A stretch of 64,000 bases of DNA from Escherichia phage SP27. The position numbers and the translations under genes are program-made. Under the pieces are notes generated by a model. It saw only the letters and a program-made list of their open reading frames with translations, did no database searches and was not told the DNA's origin. Shown one piece after another: positions 39,273-47,932 of this stretch. The stretch lies in the sequence record LC494302.1. One strand, written 5' to 3'. How positions within the stretch are numbered: position 1 is the stretch's first letter; each line of letters starts with the position of its first letter.

Positions 39273-39914
39273 ATGACTAAGCAAGAAATATTCAAAACTT
39301 TAATTGACATTTTGCGTCCATCAAAAACTCGTTGTGCGATGGAGTTTGATATTCCTTATGCTGAACGCGTAATCTTTCCACAAGTTAAAGCTGCTGGACT
39401 TACTTTGCTTGGAATGGGGATGTACTCTGTAGTAGTTGAACATAAAAACTATCCTGGACGAGCATTTAAAGTAACCACTTCACGCTGGGATGGTTTTCGT
39501 GCTTATGCAAAGTACTGCATTGAAAACGCAGGAACCAAGTTTCTTCCAGTGATCTACAGTGCCAACGAACAAGGAAACTTTGGATGGTATGAGATGGACA
39601 AGTACTATCCTATAATTAAACAAAAAAATAATTATGATGACTTTGTTAGTACTAAAATTGGAGATTTATATTCTTATGCACATGCTGGTCAGTACGCTAC
39701 TTCAGTGAATGATATGCGTGGAAATTCTGAAGAGATTGCTATTGCGACGGTCGCTGCTAACATCATGAAAGAGTTTCACGGGCGTTTTGTACCAGACATT
39801 CATTCAAGTAATGTAATGATGGATAAAGATGGGAATGTATTCATTACTGATCCTCTTTCGTGTGATGTGCGTAGAGAAATACCAATTACTGAAGAAGATC
39901 CAGTTTTTTATTGA
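39273..39914 (+). CDS. protein-kinase-like fold protein (APH/LPS-kinase type)
   Basis: Trimmed to ATG 39273 (downstream of cassette -10); RAFKV lysine, catalytic DIHSSNVMMDKDGNVFITDP resembles D-L-H-x-G-N ... I-D. Confidence 0.6.
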   Translation: MTKQEIFKTLIDILRPSKTRCAMEFDIPYAERVIFPQVKAAGLTLLGMGMYSVVVEHKNYPGRAFKVTTSRWDGFRAYAKYCIENAGTKFLPVIYSANEQGNFGWYEMDKYYPIIKQKNNYDDFVSTKIGDLYSYAHAGQYATSVNDMRGNSEEIAIATVAANIMKEFHGRFVPDIHSSNVMMDKDGNVFITDPLSCDVRREIPITEEDPVFY

Positions 39915-39939
39915 CAGAACTGATGTTCTGATGTATTCT
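39911..39939 (+). promoter_or_regulatory. sigma70-like promoter
   Basis: TTGACA-17 nt-TATTCT overlapping stop of 39273..39914. Confidence 0.5.
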
Positions 39940-39975
39940 TAATAAACCATAAAAATTGCGGTAAAGGATAAAATC

Positions 39976-40257
39976 ATGCGTTCATTTGAAAACTTAATAG
40001 GTAAGCATCTTTTATCTGAAATTGATGCAGACGTTAAAGAATTATCCAAATCAAAAAGTTACATTCATTTGGATGAACTATTTGTTAAGTACGGTGAGAT
40101 TGGTTTTAAGTCATTATTTGTTTTTACTATGAAAGTACATAGTTTAAAGTACTTCGATTTGAGTGCTAAAGATGGTGAACCGAATCTATATTACATGTAT
40201 TACCTTAAGAACAAAGATGAAGCTAATACATTACTCTCTGAATATATATTGGGGTAA
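39976..40257 (+). CDS. hypothetical protein
   Basis: 93 aa, AAGGA SD. Confidence 0.6.
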   Translation: MRSFENLIGKHLLSEIDADVKELSKSKSYIHLDELFVKYGEIGFKSLFVFTMKVHSLKYFDLSAKDGEPNLYYMYYLKNKDEANTLLSEYILG

Positions 40258-40259
40258 AA

Positions 40260-40598
40260 ATGGAACAATATTTTGAATTAATAAACAAAGTATCATTTTA
40301 TGTAGTATCTTTGGTTTGGGTGTATTATATGTTTTGCTACATTATTGCATTCTTCCGATACACTACTTTATATGAACGTATCTACTATGATGCCCCAATT
40401 TCATTCTTGATGTTTTGTGCATGTACGTGGGGAATATTAGAAGTACTGATATGTGGGTATAGTACTGATGAATTAAATCTGGTATCGGTCTTGACTGGGT
40501 TTTCATTTGTTGTTATGATAGCTGCCGTTCCAGTATGGTTGTTCTTTGGACTAGTTCATCGCATTGATATATGGCGTTCTAATATCCCTGAAAAGTAA
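40260..40598 (+). CDS. small multi-pass membrane protein, family TM-R.N.P (member 1)
   Basis: 112 aa, ~3-4 TM; C-terminus RSNIPEK. Confidence 0.7.
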   Translation: MEQYFELINKVSFYVVSLVWVYYMFCYIIAFFRYTTLYERIYYDAPISFLMFCACTWGILEVLICGYSTDELNLVSVLTGFSFVVMIAAVPVWLFFGLVHRIDIWRSNIPEK

Positions 40599-40607
40599 GG
40601 ATTGGTA

Positions 40608-40949
40608 ATGATTTATTACACTAACATGTTTGCCTATGCTGTTGCTTGCATTTACATTGTTTACTTCTTATTTGGTGGAGTACTGTGCTTCTTTAAGTAC
40701 AAAACGTTGTTCAACCGAATGTACCCAAATCATCCAATTGTAGTTGTACTTTTGATTCTTTCAGTTTCTCAAATAATCGTTGAAACTACAATGGGTATCA
40801 GTAGTGTACATTATAGTTTTGGTACTATAGTAATTATTACTATGCTTATTGCATACATTTTAGTACTTGGATATGGTATCTTTGGTAATATTGGTATGAA
40901 AATGTATCATCGAATTAAAACATTACGTGATAATCTACCGGAGCGTTGA
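40608..40949 (+). CDS. small multi-pass membrane protein, same family (member 2)
   Basis: ATG 40608 behind AAGGAT; C-terminus RDNLPER. Confidence 0.7.
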   Translation: MIYYTNMFAYAVACIYIVYFLFGGVLCFFKYKTLFNRMYPNHPIVVVLLILSVSQIIVETTMGISSVHYSFGTIVIITMLIAYILVLGYGIFGNIGMKMYHRIKTLRDNLPER

Positions 40950-40950
40950 T

Positions 40951-41295
40951 ATGTATAATTTGAACCTAATCTCATATATTATAACAACACTGTTTACATT
41001 CTATGCCTTTGTTGGTATAATCCTACTGTACTTTAAATTTTATAAAGTGTTTAACCGTTTCTATCCTTCAATGGAGAATGAGTTTTTCTTTGTGTTGTAC
41101 GTATGTTACACATTCATGGCTACATGTTTCACTGTAGTCGATGGTGTCATCGGCATTAAAACTGCTGCACCAAATGGTAGTACGCTGGTTGCATTTATTC
41201 TTACCGGATTCCTTGCAACTTATATTGCCTTCATTGCAACATGGTCAGTGGTTGAATTTCTCTTGCGACTACGAAAGAATATGCCGAATCGATAG
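40951..41295 (+). CDS. small multi-pass membrane protein, same family (member 3)
   Basis: ATG 40951 behind GGAG; C-terminus RKNMPNR. Confidence 0.7.
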   Translation: MYNLNLISYIITTLFTFYAFVGIILLYFKFYKVFNRFYPSMENEFFFVLYVCYTFMATCFTVVDGVIGIKTAAPNGSTLVAFILTGFLATYIAFIATWSVVEFLLRLRKNMPNR

Positions 41296-41304
41296 GAGAC
41301 ATAT

Positions 41305-41559
41305 ATGTTTGCATTGCGTAACAAAAACACTAAAGAAATATTATGTTTAGATACCGTATGGGATTGTGCGGGATCAACTACAGTTCTTGAAGAAGGAACT
41401 GGATATTGCGTGTTTGTTGTACATGATAGGAATGAACTCGAATTATTACTTGCTGAGTTCAATGCTGGTGGTAATCCTAACAGTACTGAATACCCTGAGA
41501 TTATCAATCCAGCACCACCAGGCTCTTATGAAATTCTACAACTGTGGGAGTTGAAGTAA
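41305..41559 (+). CDS. hypothetical protein (paralog of 43431)
   Basis: 84 aa, AGGAGA SD; MFALRNKN.. versus MYALYNKE.. Confidence 0.6.
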   Translation: MFALRNKNTKEILCLDTVWDCAGSTTVLEEGTGYCVFVVHDRNELELLLAEFNAGGNPNSTEYPEIINPAPPGSYEILQLWELK

Positions 41560-41939
41560 TGCGTCAAATGCACAAAGTAACCGAGCTAAACAAGCGTCTG
41601 GTTAAACAATCAATGTTCGAGGATAAAGAGTCTTATTATAACTTTAAACGTGCAGTAGAGGCTGCTATCCACATTCAGAAGCTTAAAGAACGTGGTTGTA
41701 TTATTCTGGAAAATGGTTCGGAAGTTGTAACGGATGACTTTAGTGTAGCGTTTGATGTTTCACCTGACGGGACGCTATCAATGCCCCGCTTAGGAACTGG
41801 AAACATGACTGTTTGGGTTGGCTTCACTATGGGGAATGTACCTGGTACTGTGTACGTAGATGATGCGGAATTGAAAGACAGTTTCAAAAACTTATCGTAC
41901 CTTGAACCACAATACGCACATGAAATGAATTTATTTTGA
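41559..41939 (+). CDS. hypothetical protein
   Basis: Trimmed to ATG 41559 (TAATG coupling, GGGAG SD). Confidence 0.6.
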   Translation: MRQMHKVTELNKRLVKQSMFEDKESYYNFKRAVEAAIHIQKLKERGCIILENGSEVVTDDFSVAFDVSPDGTLSMPRLGTGNMTVWVGFTMGNVPGTVYVDDAELKDSFKNLSYLEPQYAHEMNLF

Positions 41940-41940
41940 G

Positions 41941-41998
41941 TTGACAAACACATTCAGTACTGTATAATGTTTATCAAGGGGATGAACTTCTCATCCCC
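41941..41998 (+). promoter_or_regulatory. early promoter with CAGTACTG dyad followed by stem-loop
   Basis: TTGACA-aacacatTCAGTACTG-TATAAT, then GGGGATGA-ACTTC-TCATCCCC. Confidence 0.6.
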
Positions 41999-42015
41999 AC
42001 AATCGAGGAATTGTC

Positions 42016-42570
42016 ATGATTACTTTTAAGAAAACTGCTAACCACATCCATGAAATCTACATTAACGGTCACAAAGCTGGCCTTCTTCGTTTACTCGCCC
42101 ATCACCCTGATGCTACCGTATCTGATAATGAACCTAAAGATTGGCGTGTCTTTTTCTTTGGAAAGTACAGTGATTTTCAAGTATCAAACCTGAAGAACAT
42201 TCGTTCAGTATGCACGTTAACTGAAATTAAAGAAAAGTTAGCACAAGCATTGAAAACTAATCCAGATGGTGTTCTTCCACCTGATAACTTTGTAGAGAAA
42301 GGTTATGCCTTAGCTCATTTCAAAGATGGTACTATTCAATCTATCAGTACTGAATATGAATATCATTGGACTGAGTACTTCACTTATGGTTCGAGTAATA
42401 CATTGATGGATTCACGTAGTAAATTGGAAGAAGTACTGACTCGTATGAATGAACGCGAGCGTCAGTTATATGACAAACCAGAAATGTGGAGTTCAACTTA
42501 CATTGACCGTATTGACTATGTTATTATGACTCCAATCTTTGACACTGCTTACTATGATTCTTTGAAATAA
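42016..42570 (+). CDS. hypothetical protein
   Basis: 184 aa, GAGGAA SD. Confidence 0.65.
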   Translation: MITFKKTANHIHEIYINGHKAGLLRLLAHHPDATVSDNEPKDWRVFFFGKYSDFQVSNLKNIRSVCTLTEIKEKLAQALKTNPDGVLPPDNFVEKGYALAHFKDGTIQSISTEYEYHWTEYFTYGSSNTLMDSRSKLEEVLTRMNERERQLYDKPEMWSSTYIDRIDYVIMTPIFDTAYYDSLK

Positions 42571-42581
42571 GGATAACTTAT

Positions 42582-42758
42582 ATGAAACTACGTACTCGTA
42601 ATCGACTGATGGATGCACTGTACCATGAACAGCTTTCACTGAATGAAGTGAAGCGTCAGTTAATGTACACATATCAGTTTCCCGCTCGCATTGCAAAACA
42701 ACGTGCTAAAGAATTGCTGAAAGAAGCAATAGAGTACTGGGAATCTGATTCGTACTAA
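42582..42758 (+). CDS. 58-aa helical basic protein (possible DNA binder)
   Basis: AAGGATA SD; own translation MKLRTRNRLMDALYHEQLSLNEVKRQL...; function speculative. Confidence 0.5.
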   Translation: MKLRTRNRLMDALYHEQLSLNEVKRQLMYTYQFPARIAKQRAKELLKEAIEYWESDSY

Positions 42759-42797
42759 TATTACGTGATATGTCACGTTAATTAAGTGAGGCGATAA

Positions 42798-43049
42798 ATG
42801 AAAATATTATTAGTTCTAATACTACTAATAGTTTTACCATTTACTTTAGTATCCCCTGGACTTGCATGGAATGTATTTGTGTACTTAGTATGTACTATTG
42901 TAGTAAATGGTATCTTGTTCTTAGTTCTATTCATAAATGGAATAGGACACGGTGGAGGATGGACCAGTACTGCTGATATCGTACATAAAACCACTATGTC
43001 TTTATTTGTAATGTGGAATTTGTTCTGGACTTGGTTTGTGTTCTTCTAA
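42798..43049 (+). CDS. small membrane protein
   Basis: 83 aa, 3 TM helices, GTGAGG SD. Confidence 0.6.
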   Translation: MKILLVLILLIVLPFTLVSPGLAWNVFVYLVCTIVVNGILFLVLFINGIGHGGGWTSTADIVHKTTMSLFVMWNLFWTWFVFF

Positions 43050-43057
43050 TTAAAAAT

Positions 43058-43429
43058 ATGAATATAGATTTGAAAGGTGCAACCCGAACTGTTATCCTCA
43101 TTGGGGAATACGCTATCAAGATTCCAACCTTCAAAAGCTGGAAGTTATTCCTAACTGGAATGATAGCTAACCTCAATGAACGTTCATGGATGCAGTACTC
43201 CAATCGTAGTGATAGTGGTATCTGCCCTACTTTGTGGTCATCATGTACAGGACTAGTAACTGTACAGAAACGTTGTAAGCCAGTTCAACATAGGGGTTTA
43301 TTTTGGGTGGAGTTGTGTGCTTTAGCATTGAATTCAGAGTTAAGTACTGACTTCTTTTATTCAGATGCGAAGCCAGAAAACTTTGGTTATCTGAATGGTA
43401 AGTTAGTTAAACTTGATTATGGAGATTAA
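43058..43429 (+). CDS. minimal protein-kinase-like protein (123 aa)
   Basis: Trimmed to ATG 43058; YAIKIP lysine, catalytic DAKPENFG, DYG (DFG-like) at extreme C-terminus. Confidence 0.6.
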   Translation: MNIDLKGATRTVILIGEYAIKIPTFKSWKLFLTGMIANLNERSWMQYSNRSDSGICPTLWSSCTGLVTVQKRCKPVQHRGLFWVELCALALNSELSTDFFYSDAKPENFGYLNGKLVKLDYGD

Positions 43430-43430
43430 G

Positions 43431-43700
43431 ATGTACGCACTGTATAATAAAGAAAAGAAACGATTTGCTAAGGTTGAAATTTCGATTGATACCTTTGATA
43501 TGTTGGAGTACTGTATTGTGACGGACCTATATGCTAACTTGTATTACGTTCTTGATGACGTATCAGTACTGCAACGATTGCTTGAGAATTCCAAAAGTCA
43601 ATGCCAGGGCATCCATGATGGTTCATCTTATGAAACACCTGAGTGTTCCTACGGCTATCTGGACGGGTATGAGATTGTGAAGTTGGGGATTGTTGAATAA
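43431..43700 (+). CDS. hypothetical protein (paralog of 41305)
   Basis: Trimmed to ATG 43431 behind TGGAGA. Confidence 0.55.
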   Translation: MYALYNKEKKRFAKVEISIDTFDMLEYCIVTDLYANLYYVLDDVSVLQRLLENSKSQCQGIHDGSSYETPECSYGYLDGYEIVKLGIVE

Positions 43701-43706
43701 AGAAAA

Positions 43707-43739
43707 GGGTTGACTACGGTCAGCCCTTTTTGCTATAAT
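43707..43739 (+). promoter_or_regulatory. fused terminator/early-promoter cassette
   Basis: GGGTTGAC-TACG-GTCAGCCC, T5, TATAAT 18 nt after TTGACT. Confidence 0.7.
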
Positions 43740-43767
43740 CATTTCATCGAAACGAGAGGATGAATAC

Positions 43768-44283
43768 ATGACACGCATTAACTTAGTACACGTTAAAGAA
43801 CTTGCTGACCAACATCTGATGGCTGAATATCGTGAACTCCCACGTGTATTTGGTGCTGTACAAAAACACGTTCAAGCACGTAAGCGTGTACGTGATTTCA
43901 AAATTAACAGTACTTATCTGTTAGGTTCAGGTCATGTGACATTCTTTTACGACAAGTTGCTGTACTTACAGAAGCGTCATATCGATATTGTTAACGAATG
44001 TTTGCGTCGTGGTATGAAGATTCAAAACACTGAAGTAAACGACATTAGCGGCTTCCCTGCTGAGTTTTGTAATGACTACGTACCAACGGAGTCAGAGATT
44101 AAAATGTCTCGTGATCGTTTGATTGAGAAGCTCCAGATGAAGCCTACGTGGTATAAGTTTACTGATGTTGAATGTCCACAGTACGTTAAAGATATGCAGA
44201 ACGTAAGTAGTAAGAACGAATCTAGTACTGATATGTTCGACGAAATTGAAGAACAAATCAAAGATGAAATGAATAATTATTAA
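43768..44283 (+). CDS. denV: pyrimidine dimer DNA glycosylase (T4 endonuclease V homolog)
   Basis: [30 protein letters not shown]...KRVRDFKI...[10 protein letters not shown] nearly identical to my recollection of T4 EndoV; extra acidic ~35-aa tail. Confidence 0.93.
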   Translation: MTRINLVHVKELADQHLMAEYRELPRVFGAVQKHVQARKRVRDFKINSTYLLGSGHVTFFYDKLLYLQKRHIDIVNECLRRGMKIQNTEVNDISGFPAEFCNDYVPTESEIKMSRDRLIEKLQMKPTWYKFTDVECPQYVKDMQNVSSKNESSTDMFDEIEEQIKDEMNNY

Positions 44284-44289
44284 AGGAAA

Positions 44290-44310
44290 GGGTTGACTTC
44301 GGTTACACAA
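44290..44310 (+). promoter_or_regulatory. degenerate copy of the hairpin/promoter cassette
   Basis: GGGTTGACTTCGGTTAC: left arm and loop kept, right arm and T-run lost. Confidence 0.35.
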
Positions 44311-44321
44311 AGGAACATAAC

Positions 44322-44516
44322 ATGTTATTAGTATATTCAACGCGTTTCTGGATTTCTTTTATTGTACTATCGCTAATCGGCTTCGGTTTGAGTATACTCT
44401 TTTCGTGGGATGAATTGGGTACATGGTATTATGAAGTCCCGTGGTACATGAAGATAGCTCCTTGTTATGCGGCATTGTTCGTGTCATTCCTTATTGTTGT
44501 CTTCAGCGAGGATTAG
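44322..44516 (+). CDS. small membrane protein
   Basis: 64 aa; PWYMKI segment resembles 46911 member (PWYMKV). Confidence 0.55.
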   Translation: MLLVYSTRFWISFIVLSLIGFGLSILFSWDELGTWYYEVPWYMKIAPCYAALFVSFLIVVFSED

Positions 44517-44567
44517 TTGATGTAGTATGTGCTACACCAAAGTATTTGGATATTTTAGATATAAACA

Positions 44568-44596
44568 TTGACACCTGTTATATCTTTCTGTATTAT
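44568..44596 (+). promoter_or_regulatory. sigma70-like early promoter
   Basis: TTGACA-17 nt-TATTAT. Confidence 0.6.
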
Positions 44597-44622
44597 GTAC
44601 ATCACCAAATGAGGAATACAAC

Positions 44623-44982
44623 ATGGCATCTTTAAGTGAAATCGCAGAATACAACCCACTAACAATCTCAACAATTCAACGTACAAAAACTTTTTATTTC
44701 CGTCCTGCTGATGGATGGAAACGTGGAATGAATGGTGACTATCGAGTACTGGAAGATTCACTAATCGAGCGTATCAACTCTGAACTACAGAAGTATGAAG
44801 GTGTTAAAGTTGTGCGTTCAACTTCTCGTTATTTTGAGTACTACATTGAGTCTTCAACTGTAAATGAAAACTCATCATTATCGGTGGACAACACTGATAT
44901 TCTTCGTAATGCAGTTGGTATGTTATGCAACATTGCAGAAGAAATGGGATTAACTATTAGTACTATGAGTGAGTTGGAATAA
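44623..44982 (+). CDS. hypothetical protein
   Basis: 119 aa, GAGGAA SD. Confidence 0.65.
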   Translation: MASLSEIAEYNPLTISTIQRTKTFYFRPADGWKRGMNGDYRVLEDSLIERINSELQKYEGVKVVRSTSRYFEYYIESSTVNENSSLSVDNTDILRNAVGMLCNIAEEMGLTISTMSELE

Positions 44983-44988
44983 CATAAA

Positions 44989-45021
44989 GGGTTGACTTCG
45001 GTCAGCCCTTTTTGCTATAAT
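44989..45021 (+). promoter_or_regulatory. fused terminator/early-promoter cassette
   Basis: GGGTTGAC-TTCG-GTCAGCCC, T5, TATAAT; almost identical to 43707 copy. Confidence 0.7.
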
Positions 45022-45049
45022 TATTTCATCAACTGAAGAGGGTAAAGAA

Positions 45050-45820
45050 ATGACCAGAGAAGCACGCAGCATTCAAATTCAGAAAAACTTCAACTCCATG
45101 ATGGTTGCTCTTGAGTGTTTGCTCGATGATAGCAGTACTGTAAAAAGTATGGTTGTCAGTGGTGCTCCTGGTGTTGGTAAGACTTACACCTTGTCCCAAC
45201 GTCTCCAGAAGGCTCATGACGCAGCAGAATGGAACGTAGCTACTATCAGTGGTAAGATGACTACACTGGCTCTGTACGAAGTTCTGTACAAGAATCGTCA
45301 CAGCACCAACGTGTTAGTACTGGATGATATGGACAGCATCTTTGATTCTGAAGACGGTATGAACCTGCTCAAAGCTGTTTTGGATAGTGGTAAGCGTACT
45401 GTATCTTATATGACTAGCTCTAAGTACTTGAGCACTAACGGCATTCCTAATAGCTTTGATTTTAATGGTCGCATCGTATTCATTACTAACAAAGATTTAG
45501 CGTTAGATGCTAAAGCTAAAACTAAAATGTCTGCTCATTATGCTGCTCTTATGTCTCGTTCTGTGTACGTGGATTTACAGATTCAGACTAAAAGTGATAT
45601 CATGATTCATATTGAAAATGTAATGACTAAGACTAATATCCTTGCATCTAAAGGTGTTAACAGTAACGGTAGTAAAGCAATTCTGAACTGGATGTTAAAA
45701 CATGAAGATAATCTTCGTGCACCATCCCTGCGTATGCCTTTGTTGATTTCAGCAGTATATAACAACAATCCGTATGATTGGGAAGAACAATGTGAAAACT
45801 TGTTCCTTGAGAAAATCTAA
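45050..45820 (+). CDS. P-loop AAA-type ATPase
   Basis: Walker A GAPGVGKT, Walker B VLVLDDMD; 256 aa. Confidence 0.8.
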   Translation: MTREARSIQIQKNFNSMMVALECLLDDSSTVKSMVVSGAPGVGKTYTLSQRLQKAHDAAEWNVATISGKMTTLALYEVLYKNRHSTNVLVLDDMDSIFDSEDGMNLLKAVLDSGKRTVSYMTSSKYLSTNGIPNSFDFNGRIVFITNKDLALDAKAKTKMSAHYAALMSRSVYVDLQIQTKSDIMIHIENVMTKTNILASKGVNSNGSKAILNWMLKHEDNLRAPSLRMPLLISAVYNNNPYDWEEQCENLFLEKI

Positions 45821-45829
45821 TTACATATG

Positions 45830-45858
45830 TTGACAGTACTACCATAGTGTAGTACTAT
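45830..45858 (+). promoter_or_regulatory. promoter with two AGTACT boxes
   Basis: TTGACA-GTACTaccatagtgtAG-TACTAT. Confidence 0.55.
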
Positions 45859-45887
45859 AACTTAATATTCACCACCGGAGATACGAT

Positions 45888-46229
45888 ATGCTTGAGTTTT
45901 TTAATTCAGATACAATGCTTGGTATCACGCTAATTTACATGTTTGTATTCTTGTTTTATCATTCAATTGTAATTAGTCTTTGGTATTTTAAAAGGAAAGT
46001 TGTTTTTAAATTGTATTCGTATGATAATGTACTCTTAGTAGTATATAGCATTATACAAGGTGGGTTTATTTTATTTGGTGTGATGACATATGTGATTTAC
46101 ATGTTACAAATTGATAATACACCACACATTACACAATATGTTGTGTTTTCAGGACTAATCGTCTGGTTATTGGTGTGTACTCTGTATTTTATTATTAAAG
46201 CTCGTGATAACTTTAAATGGGGATTCTAA
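45888..46229 (+). CDS. small multi-pass membrane protein, TM family (member 4)
   Basis: 113 aa; MLEFFNSDTM.. start near-identical to next gene; WYFKRK after TM1. Confidence 0.7.
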   Translation: MLEFFNSDTMLGITLIYMFVFLFYHSIVISLWYFKRKVVFKLYSYDNVLLVVYSIIQGGFILFGVMTYVIYMLQIDNTPHITQYVVFSGLIVWLLVCTLYFIIKARDNFKWGF

Positions 46230-46567
46230 TGTTAGAATTTTTTAAATCAGATACAATGATTAGTATTACTTTGATTTATCTGTTTGGTTTTTTCTTTTAT
46301 CATGCACTAGTTGTAGTACTATGGTATTTTAAAAAGAAAATTGTTTTTAAACTGTATCCAGTGAGGAATTCATCACTAGTTCTTTACACACTTGTTCAAG
46401 GTTTGTTTGCAATTGTTGGTCTTATGGCACACTTAATTTATTGTGCCAATCCTCACTTGAACTCAATCTCACAATATATTGTATTCTTTGGGTTGTTCAT
46501 TTGGTTAGTTGTATACTTAATCCATCTCATTATTCATGGTAGAGATAAAATTCGCGGAGACTTCTAA
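46229..46567 (+). CDS. small multi-pass membrane protein, TM family (member 5)
   Basis: TAATG coupling; MLEFFKSDTM... Confidence 0.7.
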   Translation: MLEFFKSDTMISITLIYLFGFFFYHALVVVLWYFKKKIVFKLYPVRNSSLVLYTLVQGLFAIVGLMAHLIYCANPHLNSISQYIVFFGLFIWLVVYLIHLIIHGRDKIRGDF

Positions 46568-46914
46568 TGTTTGAAGCTTATCTTGAGTTTTTAAGGAGTA
46601 GTCCAGTTGCACATTCACTTGCAGGGATTATTCTAACAACTTATGTATCATTTTGGGTAGTTATGTTTCTAGGATGGTATTTTAAACGACAATTCTATAA
46701 ACGTAATGGTGAAGATTTTATGAATTCTGTCATTAATCAATCGTTGTTTGCATCAACATTGATTGCATGTATTGTAGCAACACTCACAGGAAAGGTACTA
46801 CCAGCTTTTTCCGCAGTTTACGGCACACTTGGGATGATATGTTTAACTTTTATATTGACCATTAAAATTTGTTGTGTTATGATTGAACTTCGAAATAAGA
46901 TACCGGAGGAATGA
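46567..46914 (+). CDS. small multi-pass membrane protein, TM family (member 6)
   Basis: TAATG coupling; C-terminus LRNKIPEE links both arrays. Confidence 0.7.
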   Translation: MFEAYLEFLRSSPVAHSLAGIILTTYVSFWVVMFLGWYFKRQFYKRNGEDFMNSVINQSLFASTLIACIVATLTGKVLPAFSAVYGTLGMICLTFILTIKICCVMIELRNKIPEE

Positions 46915-47249
46915 TGGAGTACTTTATTGATTTACTGCCGTGGTATATGAAAGTTAGTACCATGTACTATATTATTAGTGCTGGATTCTACTTTCTGATG
47001 TGGTTCTTTAAACGACCAATTTCAGTATTCATCGCTGATAACATGTTGCAATTAAAATTACACGCATGGTTTGGTATGGCGATGATTATGCCTATTATTC
47101 ACTACTCAATGATTAGTAGAGGTTTCCGTTCTAATGGTGAACCAATTGTATTAGTATTCTATTGGGGTTCAACTATTGCATATGTAAGTTTGTTGTTGTT
47201 CCCAGTCGTTCATAAGTTACGTGCTAAAGTTCCTGATGCGAGGTACTAA
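46911..47249 (+). CDS. small multi-pass membrane protein, TM family (member 7)
   Basis: ATGA coupling; C-terminus LRAKVPDARY. Confidence 0.7.
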   Translation: MMEYFIDLLPWYMKVSTMYYIISAGFYFLMWFFKRPISVFIADNMLQLKLHAWFGMAMIMPIIHYSMISRGFRSNGEPIVLVFYWGSTIAYVSLLLFPVVHKLRAKVPDARY

Positions 47250-47563
47250 TGGATATAGTAACATTGATTTACACGTTGTATTCATTCTATTTCATTATGT
47301 GTTGGGTTGGATTTTTATTTGTACTCAAGATGTTTGATTATGTTGAAAAACAGATAAAAGAATTTTGTATTCCTTTTATCGGTTCAACCATTATTAGTGT
47401 TTCTTGTGTGTATTTTTTGGTTTTTGATCCACCAGATAACACTGCAATGATTGACTTGATGTTACTACCAACAACTGTTACTTTTTTATGTAGTCTGATG
47501 CCGCCGATTAGCCGTGGACTAACAGAATTTAGACGCAATCAAAAGCGTAAACGAGGGATGTAA
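47249..47563 (+). CDS. small multi-pass membrane protein, TM family (member 8)
   Basis: TAATG coupling; basic tail RRNQKRKRGM. Confidence 0.65.
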   Translation: MDIVTLIYTLYSFYFIMCWVGFLFVLKMFDYVEKQIKEFCIPFIGSTIISVSCVYFLVFDPPDNTAMIDLMLLPTTVTFLCSLMPPISRGLTEFRRNQKRKRGM

Positions 47564-47931
47564 TGGAAATTGCTCTTATTATCTTAACTGCTATGCTGTT
47601 TATTAGTACTGTGGTTATAATTGGTAAATTCTTTTGTGTATCATTTTTAGAAACGGTATACGATGAAATTGCTGATGATTATGAATTACAAGCCGGATTT
47701 TTCATTACGTATTGGCTTAGTTTATTTTGTCTAGTCATTGCTTGGATTTTACATATCTTTAAATGGGGTATGGTAGACGGTGATCCTATTATGGCAATTA
47801 TTGTTCTAGTGTTTGGTATCCTTGGTGGTGCAGTGCATAATCTAATGGTTATCTGGCAAACTGTTCAATATGTTTTGGTTCCCTATTTCGAAAAGATGCA
47901 CAGTACAATTAAAAAACGTAAACGAGGTTAG
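47563..47931 (+). CDS. small multi-pass membrane protein, TM family (member 9)
   Basis: TAATG coupling; basic tail KKRKRG. Confidence 0.65.
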   Translation: MEIALIILTAMLFISTVVIIGKFFCVSFLETVYDEIADDYELQAGFFITYWLSLFCLVIAWILHIFKWGMVDGDPIMAIIVLVFGILGGAVHNLMVIWQTVQYVLVPYFEKMHSTIKKRKRG

Positions 47932-47932
47932 T

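Noticed and set aside
44441-44635. Tracked 64-aa plus ORF
   Set aside because: It overlaps the end of 44322..44516 and spans the promoter 44568-44596 and the SD of gene 44623, so it is spurious.
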